Source: a virus (taxonomy: Duplodnaviria > Heunggongvirae > Uroviricota > Caudoviricetes). From it: DNA of 64,000 nucleotides. The DNA lies in the IMG/VR virus record IMGVR_UViG_3300025073_000001; one strand, 5' to 3'. The notes beneath the pieces were generated by a model. That model did not search any database. It was not told the DNA's origin and saw nothing but the letters and a program-made list of their open reading frames with translations. A program made the position numbers and the translations under genes. How positions within the stretch are numbered: the first letter of the stretch is position 1; each line of letters opens with the position of its first letter. This document shows, one piece after another, positions 54,561-63,987 of this stretch.

Positions 54561-55058
54561 TTATTTTCTAAAAATCAACCAACCATCTTCAAGTTCTTTG
54601 TAATCATAACCATCAACCTTATGTATTTGCATTTTTAAAATATGTCCGTGAATTCTGTGCTTTGCCTTGTCCTGAACTTGACCTTCTTTCCTTGGATTTG
54701 ACTTTAAGAAAATTGATACTGGTTCATGTTCATTTATAAAATCTTGAATTGCAATCGTTATCGTTACTAAAATTCTGACATAAATTGAATAGGGAACAAC
54801 TTTTGATTGAAATTCAGATTCATTGACTTTATACACAAAACCATATTCTTCACTTTTCTCATTCAATTCTAAAAACCTTCCAAATACTTGCAAATCATCA
54901 TCACCTTCAAATGAAAATTCTCTAAATCTAAAAATTGGACAAGTTGGAATTGAATCCCAATCAATTTTATCTATTAACTCTTTCAACTCTTCATCTGTCA
55001 TATCTTCAATAAATTTATCTTCCAACTCATCAAACTTTATTTTATCTTGTGCATTCAT
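54561..55058 (-). CDS. Member of the four-paralogue family
   Basis: RILVTITIAIQDFINEHEPVSIFL...GYDY...WLIFRK. Confidence 0.55.
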   Translation of the reverse strand: MNAQDKIKFDELEDKFIEDMTDEELKELIDKIDWDSIPTCPIFRFREFSFEGDDDLQVFGRFLELNEKSEEYGFVYKVNESEFQSKVVPYSIYVRILVTITIAIQDFINEHEPVSIFLKSNPRKEGQVQDKAKHRIHGHILKMQIHKVDGYDYKELEDGWLIFRK

Positions 55059-55088
55059 TTCCTATAATTATCAATTTCTTAGAAAAAA

Positions 55089-55382
55089 TCAATACAGATC
55101 TAACATTTCAAAATCAACAACTGAGTTTATTGGTTCAGATTCTATTTCAACTGAAAAATTCAAATCATGATTCCATTGAATTGAACATTTAAAATTTAGA
55201 TATTGATCTAAACTTGATTGAACTTTTTCAATAACTTCGTCTTTATTAATCTTTCCAGAATAGAAATGTTTTTTGAATAAATCATTCCATAACAGTTTAA
55301 CCAAACCTGCTTTTAGATCGTAATAGTGAAGCTCTTCAACGAGTTGTTCAACTCTTCCGTACTTGTCTGTTTTAATTTCCAT
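55089..55382 (-). CDS. Hypothetical protein
   Basis: 97-aa ORF in the operon. Confidence 0.55.
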   Translation of the reverse strand: MEIKTDKYGRVEQLVEELHYYDLKAGLVKLLWNDLFKKHFYSGKINKDEVIEKVQSSLDQYLNFKCSIQWNHDLNFSVEIESEPINSVVDFEMLDLY

Positions 55383-55401
55383 ATTTTATTTTTATTTTAT
55401 T

Positions 55402-58400
55402 TTACCTTACAATTAATCTTCCACCCAAGGGAGAATCTTCCACATTTAGCGAATTTGGACTTATTTCCCATACAGTTATGACTGGCCCACCATCTATTGT
55501 ATTAGGAGAATTTATATTTATTCCTGGTCCTTCCAATCTACTTCCGCCGAACCTTGATCTATTTTCTACTGCACACGATTCTTGATATTGATACGAAGTG
55601 CATTCTAATGATCTTGAATAATACCATCCATAACTCATTGAAACTGCCGTGTACCACTGTTTTTCATACTTGGATTGATATTGACCTGAAGATGAATAGT
55701 GATATATAACTTTTGAATAACAGCAATTTAATTTTCTTCCATCAATATAACTGCAAGTTGGAGCCTGACTTCCGCTGTATCTGTTTGGAACGCAATCAAA
55801 AGTTCCGTTTGGATATCCTTTTGAACTGGTATGGAATAAACTTGAACCTGTTACAATCAATGGATCTTTAATAGAACCTGTTATGTATTTATATCTTGAT
55901 TCAACAATTGGTTTTAATGAGGCTGAACCTTCATAAGTCGGATATTCACCTGAATAACTTGGACTTAAACCAGGAATCGTTTTTTCATATTGCGGATTAG
56001 AAATTTCAGGTCTCTTGGTAATGATGACTTTGTTTGCGTGAAGTGCATCATTTTCAATTAAAATACCTAAGATTGCATCTGCTCTTCCAGGAATTAATTG
56101 TTTGACCTGTTCAAAGAAAGTATAATCATATAATGCCAATAACCTGATTAAAGCATTGATATCGTACCTTGACTGATACTTCTTATAATAATCATTACTG
56201 AACCGATTAAGTTCTGAATAACCTTCTTGGAATTCATATTCTGGATCACCAATCCAATTATCTAATTCAAAATAACCTGAGTGATTATAAATATCATTGT
56301 TGACTTGATCCCCTGGTGCAAAAACAATCGCAAGTCTATTTGAATCAAAACCTGCTCTGTCAAATGCTCCTTTTTCACTTCTTGCAACTGGACTTAAATC
56401 TCTAGCCAAAGTCACATCTTCAAGTCTTATTTTTTCTGAACGTAGTGAATTTCCACCTAAACTTGGAGTCGTAACGTAAAAAGTTTCATTCCAAGAAGTG
56501 TATTGGTTGACTTGTGAACCTGAAAAGTTCTTGAAACTTGCAGTCGTGTCAAACGATGCAATTCTGTTTGGATGTGATGATGAAACATTTGTGTAATTTC
56601 CAGAAGCGTGATTCCATCTTTGTTGATCCAATCCAAGTGGGAAATAACGGAAAAGATTATTAAATGATGATGTCTCGTTGTTTCCGTGATATGCACCTGG
56701 ATTGAGAACGTGCTGGTTAAAAATCGTTCCTTCCAAATGTTCAAAATATTCCTTGTAGCCGTCAATGTTTCCAATGAATCTAGTTGATCTTGAACCAGTC
56801 GTTCCACCAAGAACGATGAAGGATGATGTGTTCGCGGATCCACTGAGACTTCCCCATGCTGCTGCTACGTTAAATGAACCTGACCACTGTGCTGAACCTG
56901 AGTGAGCGATTCTTCCAAACAATGAATCGTTGGCTCTCTTAACTTCTAAATGGATTGAACCTGACTTTTTCGTGTCAGTTATTGATTCAGTCGTGTAAAG
57001 TCTGACTGACCAAGAATCATCGTCAAACAACGGTAAATAACCAGTCTGAACTGATGAAGAAATAAAAGTTGAACCAGATTGTTGAGCCTGAGTCAATCTC
57101 AAGTAACCATAAGCAGTTGAACCTGAATAACTTGAAGTTCCTGCAACTGCTCTAAAATGGACTAATTCAAGATTGGATAAAACTCTGTTCCTATCCGCTC
57201 CATCTTCAAGTGCCCACAACGACTGCGAAACACTTGAAGAATATTCTGTATTAAACCTGAATATAATATCTGAAGGAACTCGTGCACTTCCTCCCCATGA
57301 ACCTGATTCTGGAGGAATTATTCTCCGGTTCATTTCCACATATTGGCTGCCAGATAATTTTAACCTGTAAGTAAATCTATCTTCAATTAAAGTTGGTCGG
57401 CCAAGAACCGGACTTGGACCTCCGTATTCCTTAATTGAAATTAAAGTTTGAGGGATGCCGTAAATTGACAACAATGCTTTTACACTTCTTGAAGTTCCCT
57501 TTGTCTTCAGAAGATACGGCAAATTGTTGACGATCCGTCTCCAGATTTGATGGGTTTGATTTGCTCCAGTTAAACTAAAAAGTGAGCCAGTTTCATCAAA
57601 CGAACCTGACTGATTAAATCCTAACTGATATTTCCAAAGATCTGCAAGTTGTTTCGTGTTTTGAAGATTCCAACCAAATCCCTTAGCAACGTGCCACAAA
57701 AGTTCGTTTGGCGTTCCTCTTTGTGGATGTTCATCTCTTTCATGGATTTGTGTTAAAGCATTGACGTAGGAATAAATTTCATCAAAATGATGACCGACCA
57801 TGTCCACGAACAGGACAAAGTCAGAGTTTCCAGGTTCCATTATGACGTGTTCTGGAATGCTCCACCACAGCCTGTTCATATTTTGCTTGTCATACGCACT
57901 TGAACTTACGACTAAATCTGCGTACCAATTCTGAACTAAACTTGAACTGACGGTGTGATTCTTCCAACTGCCTGAAATTATTCTTTTTGGATGTGGACGA
58001 ATTGATCCAGTTATATCGTGACTGAAAATTGAACTCGTTGGTTCATAATAAAGCCATTTCTCCCACTGGTCAAAGCCGGAAGTTAGAGCGTCAATTCTCT
58101 TTTGATTAACGTCAATTGAACTTGAAATGAAAGTCGTATTGGAAGCAGTTGAATTTAAAAGAATCGCGATTGAAGATGAATATTCCTCAATCTTGCTCAC
58201 TTTGTAGTGATAATTTCGGATTCTTTCTTCAGCAGAAGAATAAAAAATAAAGTTTTCAAAGTCCGTGTAATCAATGTTTAATTGAATGCCTGAACCTGAA
58301 AGTGTCTGTTCAATTATCCTCTGTTGGGTTGGTAAGTTTGTATCAAGTAAATCGTTCCAATTCTTAAAAATTGTGCTTTGACCTGAATATCCACTTGTAT

Positions 58401-59106
58401 CTATGTCAAAGTTCGGACCTTTCATGTAGGTCAAATTACCTTGACTCAATTCCTGAGTTAGAAGAATCGTATCAATATACGGATCAATGACTTCAAATGC
58501 GAACCATGCTCTATCTTTTACATTAACTTCATCAAATATTGGTTGGTAAAACTTGACGTAAATGTCGTTTCCATCGAACCTGATATTGACGATTTTCTGG
58601 ATTTGATTAAATCCAAAGTTAACGACCAGATTATTCAGTTCACCTGAGTCGATGAACGTCTGAACCTTACCCTTAAAGGCTTCTAATTCGCCCGTAAATC
58701 GCTTATCTATCTGGAAGTGTATCTCAGTCCTATTAGGAGATATTTCTTTGACTAAGACCGGTTCTACGCCTTGATTGCCCCAAACTTCTTGGAACAAATT
58801 AAGGGCGATGATATAACTTCCCTTAGTGATTCTGGCTTCTCTGAAAACTGAACCAATGTCAATTAACAGTGAATTGCTTGAATCATCTCTGAAGGTATAT
58901 CCAGCATTATGATTGCCAGAAATGTAATCGCCGTAGAAGGAATAAATATGGACTTCTGAAACTTGATTATTAACGATATTTCCATCAACCGGAACCAGAA
59001 CCTGATTGTCCAAAATCAGCAAATCCTCATTGGAAAACAGTTGTCCCAATGAGGCTTGATTCAGTGCAAGTAATTGCGCTTGGTTGAAATATCGTTGAAG
59101 GCTAAT
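55402..59106 (-). CDS. Large virion structural (baseplate wedge-like) protein
   Basis: At least 1,215 aa, S/G/T-rich; LPYLLKTKGT..SVKALLSIYGIP motif. Start extended 19 codons to an ATT 8 nt after AGGAG (track start is TTG 59049). Confidence 0.7.
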   Translation of the reverse strand: MSLQRYFNQAQLLALNQASLGQLFSNEDLLILDNQVLVPVDGNIVNNQVSEVHIYSFYGDYISGNHNAGYTFRDDSSNSLLIDIGSVFREARITKGSYIIALNLFQEVWGNQGVEPVLVKEISPNRTEIHFQIDKRFTGELEAFKGKVQTFIDSGELNNLVVNFGFNQIQKIVNIRFDGNDIYVKFYQPIFDEVNVKDRAWFAFEVIDPYIDTILLTQELSQGNLTYMKGPNFDIDTSGYSGQSTIFKNWNDLLDTNLPTQQRIIEQTLSGSGIQLNIDYTDFENFIFYSSAEERIRNYHYKVSKIEEYSSSIAILLNSTASNTTFISSSIDVNQKRIDALTSGFDQWEKWLYYEPTSSIFSHDITGSIRPHPKRIISGSWKNHTVSSSLVQNWYADLVVSSSAYDKQNMNRLWWSIPEHVIMEPGNSDFVLFVDMVGHHFDEIYSYVNALTQIHERDEHPQRGTPNELLWHVAKGFGWNLQNTKQLADLWKYQLGFNQSGSFDETGSLFSLTGANQTHQIWRRIVNNLPYLLKTKGTSRSVKALLSIYGIPQTLISIKEYGGPSPVLGRPTLIEDRFTYRLKLSGSQYVEMNRRIIPPESGSWGGSARVPSDIIFRFNTEYSSSVSQSLWALEDGADRNRVLSNLELVHFRAVAGTSSYSGSTAYGYLRLTQAQQSGSTFISSSVQTGYLPLFDDDSWSVRLYTTESITDTKKSGSIHLEVKRANDSLFGRIAHSGSAQWSGSFNVAAAWGSLSGSANTSSFIVLGGTTGSRSTRFIGNIDGYKEYFEHLEGTIFNQHVLNPGAYHGNNETSSFNNLFRYFPLGLDQQRWNHASGNYTNVSSSHPNRIASFDTTASFKNFSGSQVNQYTSWNETFYVTTPSLGGNSLRSEKIRLEDVTLARDLSPVARSEKGAFDRAGFDSNRLAIVFAPGDQVNNDIYNHSGYFELDNWIGDPEYEFQEGYSELNRFSNDYYKKYQSRYDINALIRLLALYDYTFFEQVKQLIPGRADAILGILIENDALHANKVIITKRPEISNPQYEKTIPGLSPSYSGEYPTYEGSASLKPIVESRYKYITGSIKDPLIVTGSSLFHTSSKGYPNGTFDCVPNRYSGSQAPTCSYIDGRKLNCCYSKVIYHYSSSGQYQSKYEKQWYTAVSMSYGWYYSRSLECTSYQYQESCAVENRSRFGGSRLEGPGININSPNTIDGGPVITVWEISPNSLNVEDSPLGGRLIVR

Positions 59107-59117
59107 GGATCAAACTC

Positions 59118-59456
59118 CTAAATATATTTTTTATAAATTTTTTCTATTTGTTGCATTACTGGATGACTATCTGGAGCAGGTCTACCAGGGTTTTGAGTCA
59201 TTAATTTAGCCCATTGCTCTTCAAGTTCTACTATTTTTATTTGATCTTCAGGTGTGGCTTTCTTTAAAACTGCAACCGCATCTTTGAACATTTGCTTTTT
59301 TTCATCATCAAACATTCCACCATAACTTGCTGCTTCAGTTTTTGTCAATGCAGCAACTAATCTGGTCTTTAAAGAATTGAAATTTTCTGGACCTTCTTTT
59401 AAATTTCTCATTTCTTGAATGATAATTTTGTTAACAATTTGTCTTAACTTAGACAT
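59118..59456 (-). CDS. Class-B leader protein
   Basis: MSKLRQIVNKIIIQEMRNLKE. Confidence 0.6.
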   Translation of the reverse strand: MSKLRQIVNKIIIQEMRNLKEGPENFNSLKTRLVAALTKTEAASYGGMFDDEKKQMFKDAVAVLKKATPEDQIKIVELEEQWAKLMTQNPGRPAPDSHPVMQQIEKIYKKYI

Positions 59457-59471
59457 TCTTTATTTCTCCTA

Positions 59472-59503
59472 CAAAGTTAAAGGAAGTTTGAATAACTTCC
59501 AAA
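59472..59503 (-). promoter_or_regulatory. Bacteroidota-type promoter
   Basis: TTTG-N20-TAACTTTG. Confidence 0.7.
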
Positions 59504-59508
59504 TGTTT

Positions 59509-60324
59509 TTATGATTGACCTGCATTTAATATTGCTAATTCTGCCGCTGCTTGTGCTGCGTTTGCTTCTGCAATGGCTGCCTGTGCGGCCAACGCACTTG
59601 CTTCCGCCTCTGCCTTAGCGGCTTCTGCTTCCGCTTTACTGGCTTCGGCTTGTGCTTTGACTACTGCAATTTGAGCACCTGCTTCTGCTTTCGCTCCTTC
59701 TGCTAATGCTGCTCCTGATTTAACTGATGCTTCAAGTCCTTTCAGTGCTTCAAAGTTTGTTTGATCTTCCATGTCATCAGTCCAAGCACCTGATTTATCT
59801 GGAAATGGACTTCCTTCTTCAATATCTGAACATTCATTTTCTTGTATAATTCGGACTGATAACAAACTTGAATTCTTTTCAAATAAAATTACTTCTAATG
59901 TCAGGTAATTTGGAATCAACCTTTTCATACCATCTTCAATGATGAAATACGAATATTGATCTTTTGGAAGTGGGGTTGAATCTTCCGAAACACATCTAAA
60001 CAATTGACCTTCTGGCAAACTGAACGGATCAGGAGGAATGATCACTGCTTCAACGAAATATTCAAAATCAGTTGAAAGATAATCTTTTATCGTCGTATCT
60101 GAAACGTGAACTTTTCTCGGAACAAAATTCAAATATGTCTTTGGTGCTTCTGTTTTGACTAAATAGGCTCCGCTTCCATTTCTAACTGACAATTGATAGG
60201 ACATCGCATTCAATTGTCCTTGAGGGATATAAACAGGAAATTGTGCATCAATTGGTACTGCAACCAACGTTGCATTTGATGACTGAAAATCCTTATATTT
60301 TATATTTGAAATGGTAAGGTTCAT
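59509..60324 (-). CDS. Hypothetical protein with Ala/Glu-rich coiled-coil tail
   Basis: C-terminal AKAEAEA-type low-complexity helix. Confidence 0.65.
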   Translation of the reverse strand: MNLTISNIKYKDFQSSNATLVAVPIDAQFPVYIPQGQLNAMSYQLSVRNGSGAYLVKTEAPKTYLNFVPRKVHVSDTTIKDYLSTDFEYFVEAVIIPPDPFSLPEGQLFRCVSEDSTPLPKDQYSYFIIEDGMKRLIPNYLTLEVILFEKNSSLLSVRIIQENECSDIEEGSPFPDKSGAWTDDMEDQTNFEALKGLEASVKSGAALAEGAKAEAGAQIAVVKAQAEASKAEAEAAKAEAEASALAAQAAIAEANAAQAAAELAILNAGQS

Positions 60325-60527
60325 CTAACCAAATCCATGTTTTCATGCAGGAATTTTAATAAACCATCAACATCTAACATCGTATTTCCACCTGAATCTT
60401 CAATGAGAAATTCATGGCCATTTTCTTCCAATCCAATCTTTAATTTATTCCAATCAATTACATCAAAAATGGTTTCTTCCTTTAAAGACTTTTTATTTTC
60501 TATAAGACTTCTCATTTTAATCGACAT
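60321..60527 (-). CDS. Small class-B leader protein
   Basis: KMRSLIENKKSLKE. Confidence 0.5.
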   Translation of the reverse strand: MSIKMRSLIENKKSLKEETIFDVIDWNKLKIGLEENGHEFLIEDSGGNTMLDVDGLLKFLHENMDLVR

Positions 60528-60886
60528 TCTATTTCCTTGAATTTAATTATGGCTTCTTTTTGAGGTAATCCGATTCTAATGCACTTAATTGGTTCATTTA
60601 GAATCTTAAATGCGATCCATCTGTGATGACCGTCAATAATTGCGTTGTCACTTGATATAAATATCGAAGGGATTGATTTTCCACTTCTGATATCATTTAT
60701 AATTGCCTTAACTTTGTCCTTGTTAACTTTCGATTGACTATGACGGATTTGATCAGGGAATAATTTCAGAAGTTCGCATTCAATTCCTTCTTCTTTTAAG
60801 GATCGAATTACACCACTTTGTTCATGAGTGGGGATTTGAGGCATGAACTTTCGTTCAAGTTCAGATAAGGTTTGTTTTAATGTCAT
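60512..60886 (-). CDS. ParB/Srx-like domain protein
   Basis: SQSKVNKDKV, ISSDNAIIDGHHRW. Confidence 0.75.
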   Translation of the reverse strand: MTLKQTLSELERKFMPQIPTHEQSGVIRSLKEEGIECELLKLFPDQIRHSQSKVNKDKVKAIINDIRSGKSIPSIFISSDNAIIDGHHRWIAFKILNEPIKCIRIGLPQKEAIIKFKEIECRLK

Positions 60887-61110
60887 TGTTCAAACCATCC
60901 AAAAGTTCCAATAGCATGATCTAAATTATCATTAATAATTTTTAAATCATTATTGGTTAATGAATGAAACCGAATTTCAGAAATATTTGCCGAATCATAT
61001 TCTTCAATGAGTTTCTTCATCTTAGATTGAATTTCATTTAGCAATTTTTGGTTAATTTTTTTAATGTATTGAAGGTTGTCGTTTTCTTTTATTAAATCTT
61101 TCATTTTCAT
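60883..61110 (-). CDS. Small class-B leader protein
   Basis: MKMKDLIKE. Confidence 0.5.
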   Translation of the reverse strand: MKMKDLIKENDNLQYIKKINQKLLNEIQSKMKKLIEEYDSANISEIRFHSLTNNDLKIINDNLDHAIGTFGWFEQ

Positions 61111-61115
61111 TAATT

Positions 61116-62243
61116 TTAATTCCTTCTTATTTTGAAATTGAAGTTATCGTCTATCACTCGAACCGTATCTCCACCATCGTGTTCCGTCTTGAAAACGAAT
61201 TTGTAATAGCGCTCAGGTAAAAGGCTCATCATGTCTGCTTTGAAATAATTCCCTTCAGTATCGCAACTAATCTTCGTCCCACTTGGATGAAAAGGGATGA
61301 TCACATCATCAGTCACCACATCTTGAATTTGGAAATATGATCCAGTTGGCAATCGTTTTGAAGTTAAATAATTAGAACTGGTGGAATAAGTTGCAACTGG
61401 AAATCTTTCCCGTACTCCAATCCTTAATTTTGGTTTTTCTTCTTCTGCGTATGATTCTCTGATATTTTTCAAATATAAGACGAAATCATCGGATCCGATT
61501 TCAGTGAATGAACCAGTTCCAGATAAATTTGAATCATCCCAATAAAGTTCTAATCGTGGAACGAAAATCGTATGGCTTGAAGGAGAAAAGAATTGGATCA
61601 ATCCTAATGAAGATGAATCAAATTCAACCGCATCACTGTGCTTGATTATTAATCCATTATTTGGAAATGAACCTGAAAGCCAACTTCTGACTATTCTAGA
61701 AACGTCCATTCTCATATCTGGATTTTCATTCACAAATGATTGACTGGCGGCTGAACTGGTGAACCAATTTCCACCTCCTGCAATCGTTGAATACGAACCA
61801 GTTGAAGTTGAATTATATGATGAAGTTGACCATTGAGTTCCAAGGAGTTTTGAATCACGATATTTCCAAGAAACTCCATCATTTTTTTCAGGATTTGAAT
61901 TTAAAAAACCAGAACCTCCTGACCAAGAACCAGAAAGTGGATATGAAAAAATTGTATAATCGTGAGAAAGGCCAACCATATTCGTTGCTTTTAAAGTCAA
62001 ATACGAATAAAAATTTGATGAAATCTTTCCTTGAACAATCGATGAACTTATTTCAGAAATATCAAATTGTAATAAAATTCTCGAATTATAAGTATCACTA
62101 AAATATGAAGTTTCCTCGCCTTCAATCGTTGGCTCACCACTGGCGATTTTTAATAAATCTAAGATTTGATCCCTTGATGTATTTTTTTCGGGAAATTGTG
62201 AATAAAGAACCGCTGATTTATTTGGATAGATAGTTTTAAACAT
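61116..62243 (-). CDS. Virion structural protein (DNRLRE/CBM96-like beta-sandwich)
   Basis: SRILLQFD, MDVSRIVRSWL...NNGLIIK. Start re-called to MFKTIYP (62243), overlapping the HNH stop. Confidence 0.6.
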   Translation of the reverse strand: MFKTIYPNKSAVLYSQFPEKNTSRDQILDLLKIASGEPTIEGEETSYFSDTYNSRILLQFDISEISSSIVQGKISSNFYSYLTLKATNMVGLSHDYTIFSYPLSGSWSGGSGFLNSNPEKNDGVSWKYRDSKLLGTQWSTSSYNSTSTGSYSTIAGGGNWFTSSAASQSFVNENPDMRMDVSRIVRSWLSGSFPNNGLIIKHSDAVEFDSSSLGLIQFFSPSSHTIFVPRLELYWDDSNLSGTGSFTEIGSDDFVLYLKNIRESYAEEEKPKLRIGVRERFPVATYSTSSNYLTSKRLPTGSYFQIQDVVTDDVIIPFHPSGTKISCDTEGNYFKADMMSLLPERYYKFVFKTEHDGGDTVRVIDDNFNFKIRRN

Positions 62244-63195
62244 CTGAATTTTCCCTTCTTGAATTAAGAACTTTTTCACCAAACTTCCAATCATTCCATT
62301 TTTCTAAAGGACTTGAACATCTCATTCGAACATGATGTTCAGATAAATTAAAAAATTTCATCGCATCAATAACACTATTAAATAAAGTTCCTTCAATCAA
62401 ACATTGTCGAGTAGTGAATCTACCATTTCGCTTAGAAATTTCAGAAATTTTTAATTTTGTTTCATCAGAGTGAGTAAATCCTTTTCTTTTTTCTCGAAGT
62501 TTTTCTTTAGTTTCTTCTGAACATACTCTTCCAAGATTTGGGTGTGGATTATCTTTTAAATAAGATGCTTTAGCATCCTTCATTTTTTGTTTAGTTTCTG
62601 GCGAATGTTTCCTACCAAAACTTGGACTATTTTCTCCAACATATTTACCTTCCTTTGCAGCACTCATTAGTTGTTTAGTTTCTTCAGTGTGAGATCTACC
62701 AAAGAATGGGTTTCCTTCTCCAGAATTCCGTTCACTCGAACGCTGTTTAAAAATCTCACCTTCAGGAGAATTGATAAATGCCTTTCTACTTTCTCGACGC
62801 TTTATTTTTTCTGTCTCTGTCGGTTTTCGCCCAATATTTGCTTGACGAGCTGCCTCAATTGCTTGTGGTGAAAAGCCTCGAACTTTACCTGCAATTGACA
62901 ATAATTCACTTAAATCTAAATAAATATCTAAACCTTTTTTCAAATGATTAGCAGAAAATATATTTCCGGCAAAATAATTTGTAGTTTCCGGAAAACATTC
63001 TGCTAATTTTAAATGGGCGCAAAAATGATCTAAGATTGATAATTTTATCAAATTATTTTCATCTATCCCACCCATAAATCTTGGTAAAATATGATGGTTA
63101 TGAGTTTTTTCGTCAGAATACTCTTTTTGACTACATTCAATTAAAAATTCATTGTATTTGGTTAAATCATAACCTTCAAATTCTGTTAAAAACAA
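62236..63195 (-). CDS. HNH homing endonuclease with NUMOD3-like repeats, paralogue of 38369-39274
   Basis: HNHHILPRFMGG...NLIKL...HFCAH; HTEET/HSPET/HSDET repeats; AGGAG SD and TTG start. Confidence 0.85.
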   Translation of the reverse strand: MFLTEFEGYDLTKYNEFLIECSQKEYSDEKTHNHHILPRFMGGIDENNLIKLSILDHFCAHLKLAECFPETTNYFAGNIFSANHLKKGLDIYLDLSELLSIAGKVRGFSPQAIEAARQANIGRKPTETEKIKRRESRKAFINSPEGEIFKQRSSERNSGEGNPFFGRSHTEETKQLMSAAKEGKYVGENSPSFGRKHSPETKQKMKDAKASYLKDNPHPNLGRVCSEETKEKLREKRKGFTHSDETKLKISEISKRNGRFTTRQCLIEGTLFNSVIDAMKFFNLSEHHVRMRCSSPLEKWNDWKFGEKVLNSRRENSDV

Positions 63196-63199
63196 GTGA

Positions 63200-63406
63200 T
63201 TATTCTCCTAACATTTTAGTGTTCTTTTTAAATCTCTTCATACCTGCTTTCCATGCTGCATAGACAATTGATTCTTTACTTCCATAAATACAATTCTTTC
63301 CAGACAACCCTTGAAGAAATGCAACGTTATCAGAAGAAGTTCGTCTAACAGTTTCTGGATCAATTGTTAAGAAGAAATCATAAACCTTTTTCTGTCTAGT
63401 TGTCAT
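63200..63406 (-). CDS. Hypothetical protein
   Basis: 68 aa in the operon. Confidence 0.5.
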   Translation of the reverse strand: MTTRQKKVYDFFLTIDPETVRRTSSDNVAFLQGLSGKNCIYGSKESIVYAAWKAGMKRFKKNTKMLGE

Positions 63407-63779
63407 TTTCTTGACGTTTTTTTACATATTCTTTCAATTCCCAAAAGTTCTTCATTTCGCTATTGACGACGCATCTGGGATATTTTTCTTCAACATCATA
63501 CATTTCAAGTTCTCTCCAATCAATGAATTCACCTGTTTCTGGATCAAAGAATTTTTCAAAATAACCTTCAGTGTCCATGAACCAATGATCTCTGGTTGAA
63601 CTCCATGAAATCATATCAATGTTTTCTTCGTAGAACCATTTTCCGTATTCAAACCAAACCACCAATGGATCAGAATGTTCAAACACTTTGAATTCTTCCC
63701 TGTCTTTTGAGAGGATTATTTTCAATGGACTATTTGGATTAAATTCTTCATAGTCACAAGTTCCGAATAAATGTTCCAT
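63396..63779 (-). CDS. Hypothetical protein
   Basis: 127 aa, aromatic/acidic. Confidence 0.55.
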   Translation of the reverse strand: MEHLFGTCDYEEFNPNSPLKIILSKDREEFKVFEHSDPLVVWFEYGKWFYEENIDMISWSSTRDHWFMDTEGYFEKFFDPETGEFIDWRELEMYDVEEKYPRCVVNSEMKNFWELKEYVKKRQENDN

Positions 63780-63786
63780 CTTTAAA

Positions 63787-63987
63787 TTATTTTTTCAATG
63801 AATATTTAAATTCGTCATAAATATTTTGAATCACTGAATTGGCAGCCTCTAATCTAGATTCTGCAAAATTCCCGTTTGATGTATGGTCTAAACGGTTTGA
63901 TTCTTGCAGCAATCTTTGAAATTCATCATTGATGATTTCCAAGGCTTTTGTAATCTTCTCTAATTTTTTAAAATGTGACTGTTTCAT
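63787..63987 (-). CDS. Small helical hypothetical protein
   Basis: 66 aa; contains an LQE site. Confidence 0.5.
   Translation of the reverse strand: MKQSHFKKLEKITKALEIINDEFQRLLQESNRLDHTSNGNFAESRLEAANSVIQNIYDEFKYSLKK

Noticed and set aside
59560-59720. Ala/Glu/Lys repeat-like DNA
   Set aside because: Reflects a low-complexity coiled coil, not a discrete tandem repeat.
62244-62294. LIQE leader-like N-terminus of the track ORF 61116-62294
   Set aside because: Lies inside the HNH coding region; the likelier start is ATG 62243.
63380-63406. MTTRQKK start resembling the class-A leader
   Set aside because: Similarity stops after seven residues; no ENY or LxE.
3077-63599. Many short plus-strand or off-frame ORFs overlapping long minus-strand genes (e.g. 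7965, 9416, 13823, 26642, 34527, 36294, 46094, 56457)
   Set aside because: Fully nested in well-supported genes, with no motifs; typical antisense frames.
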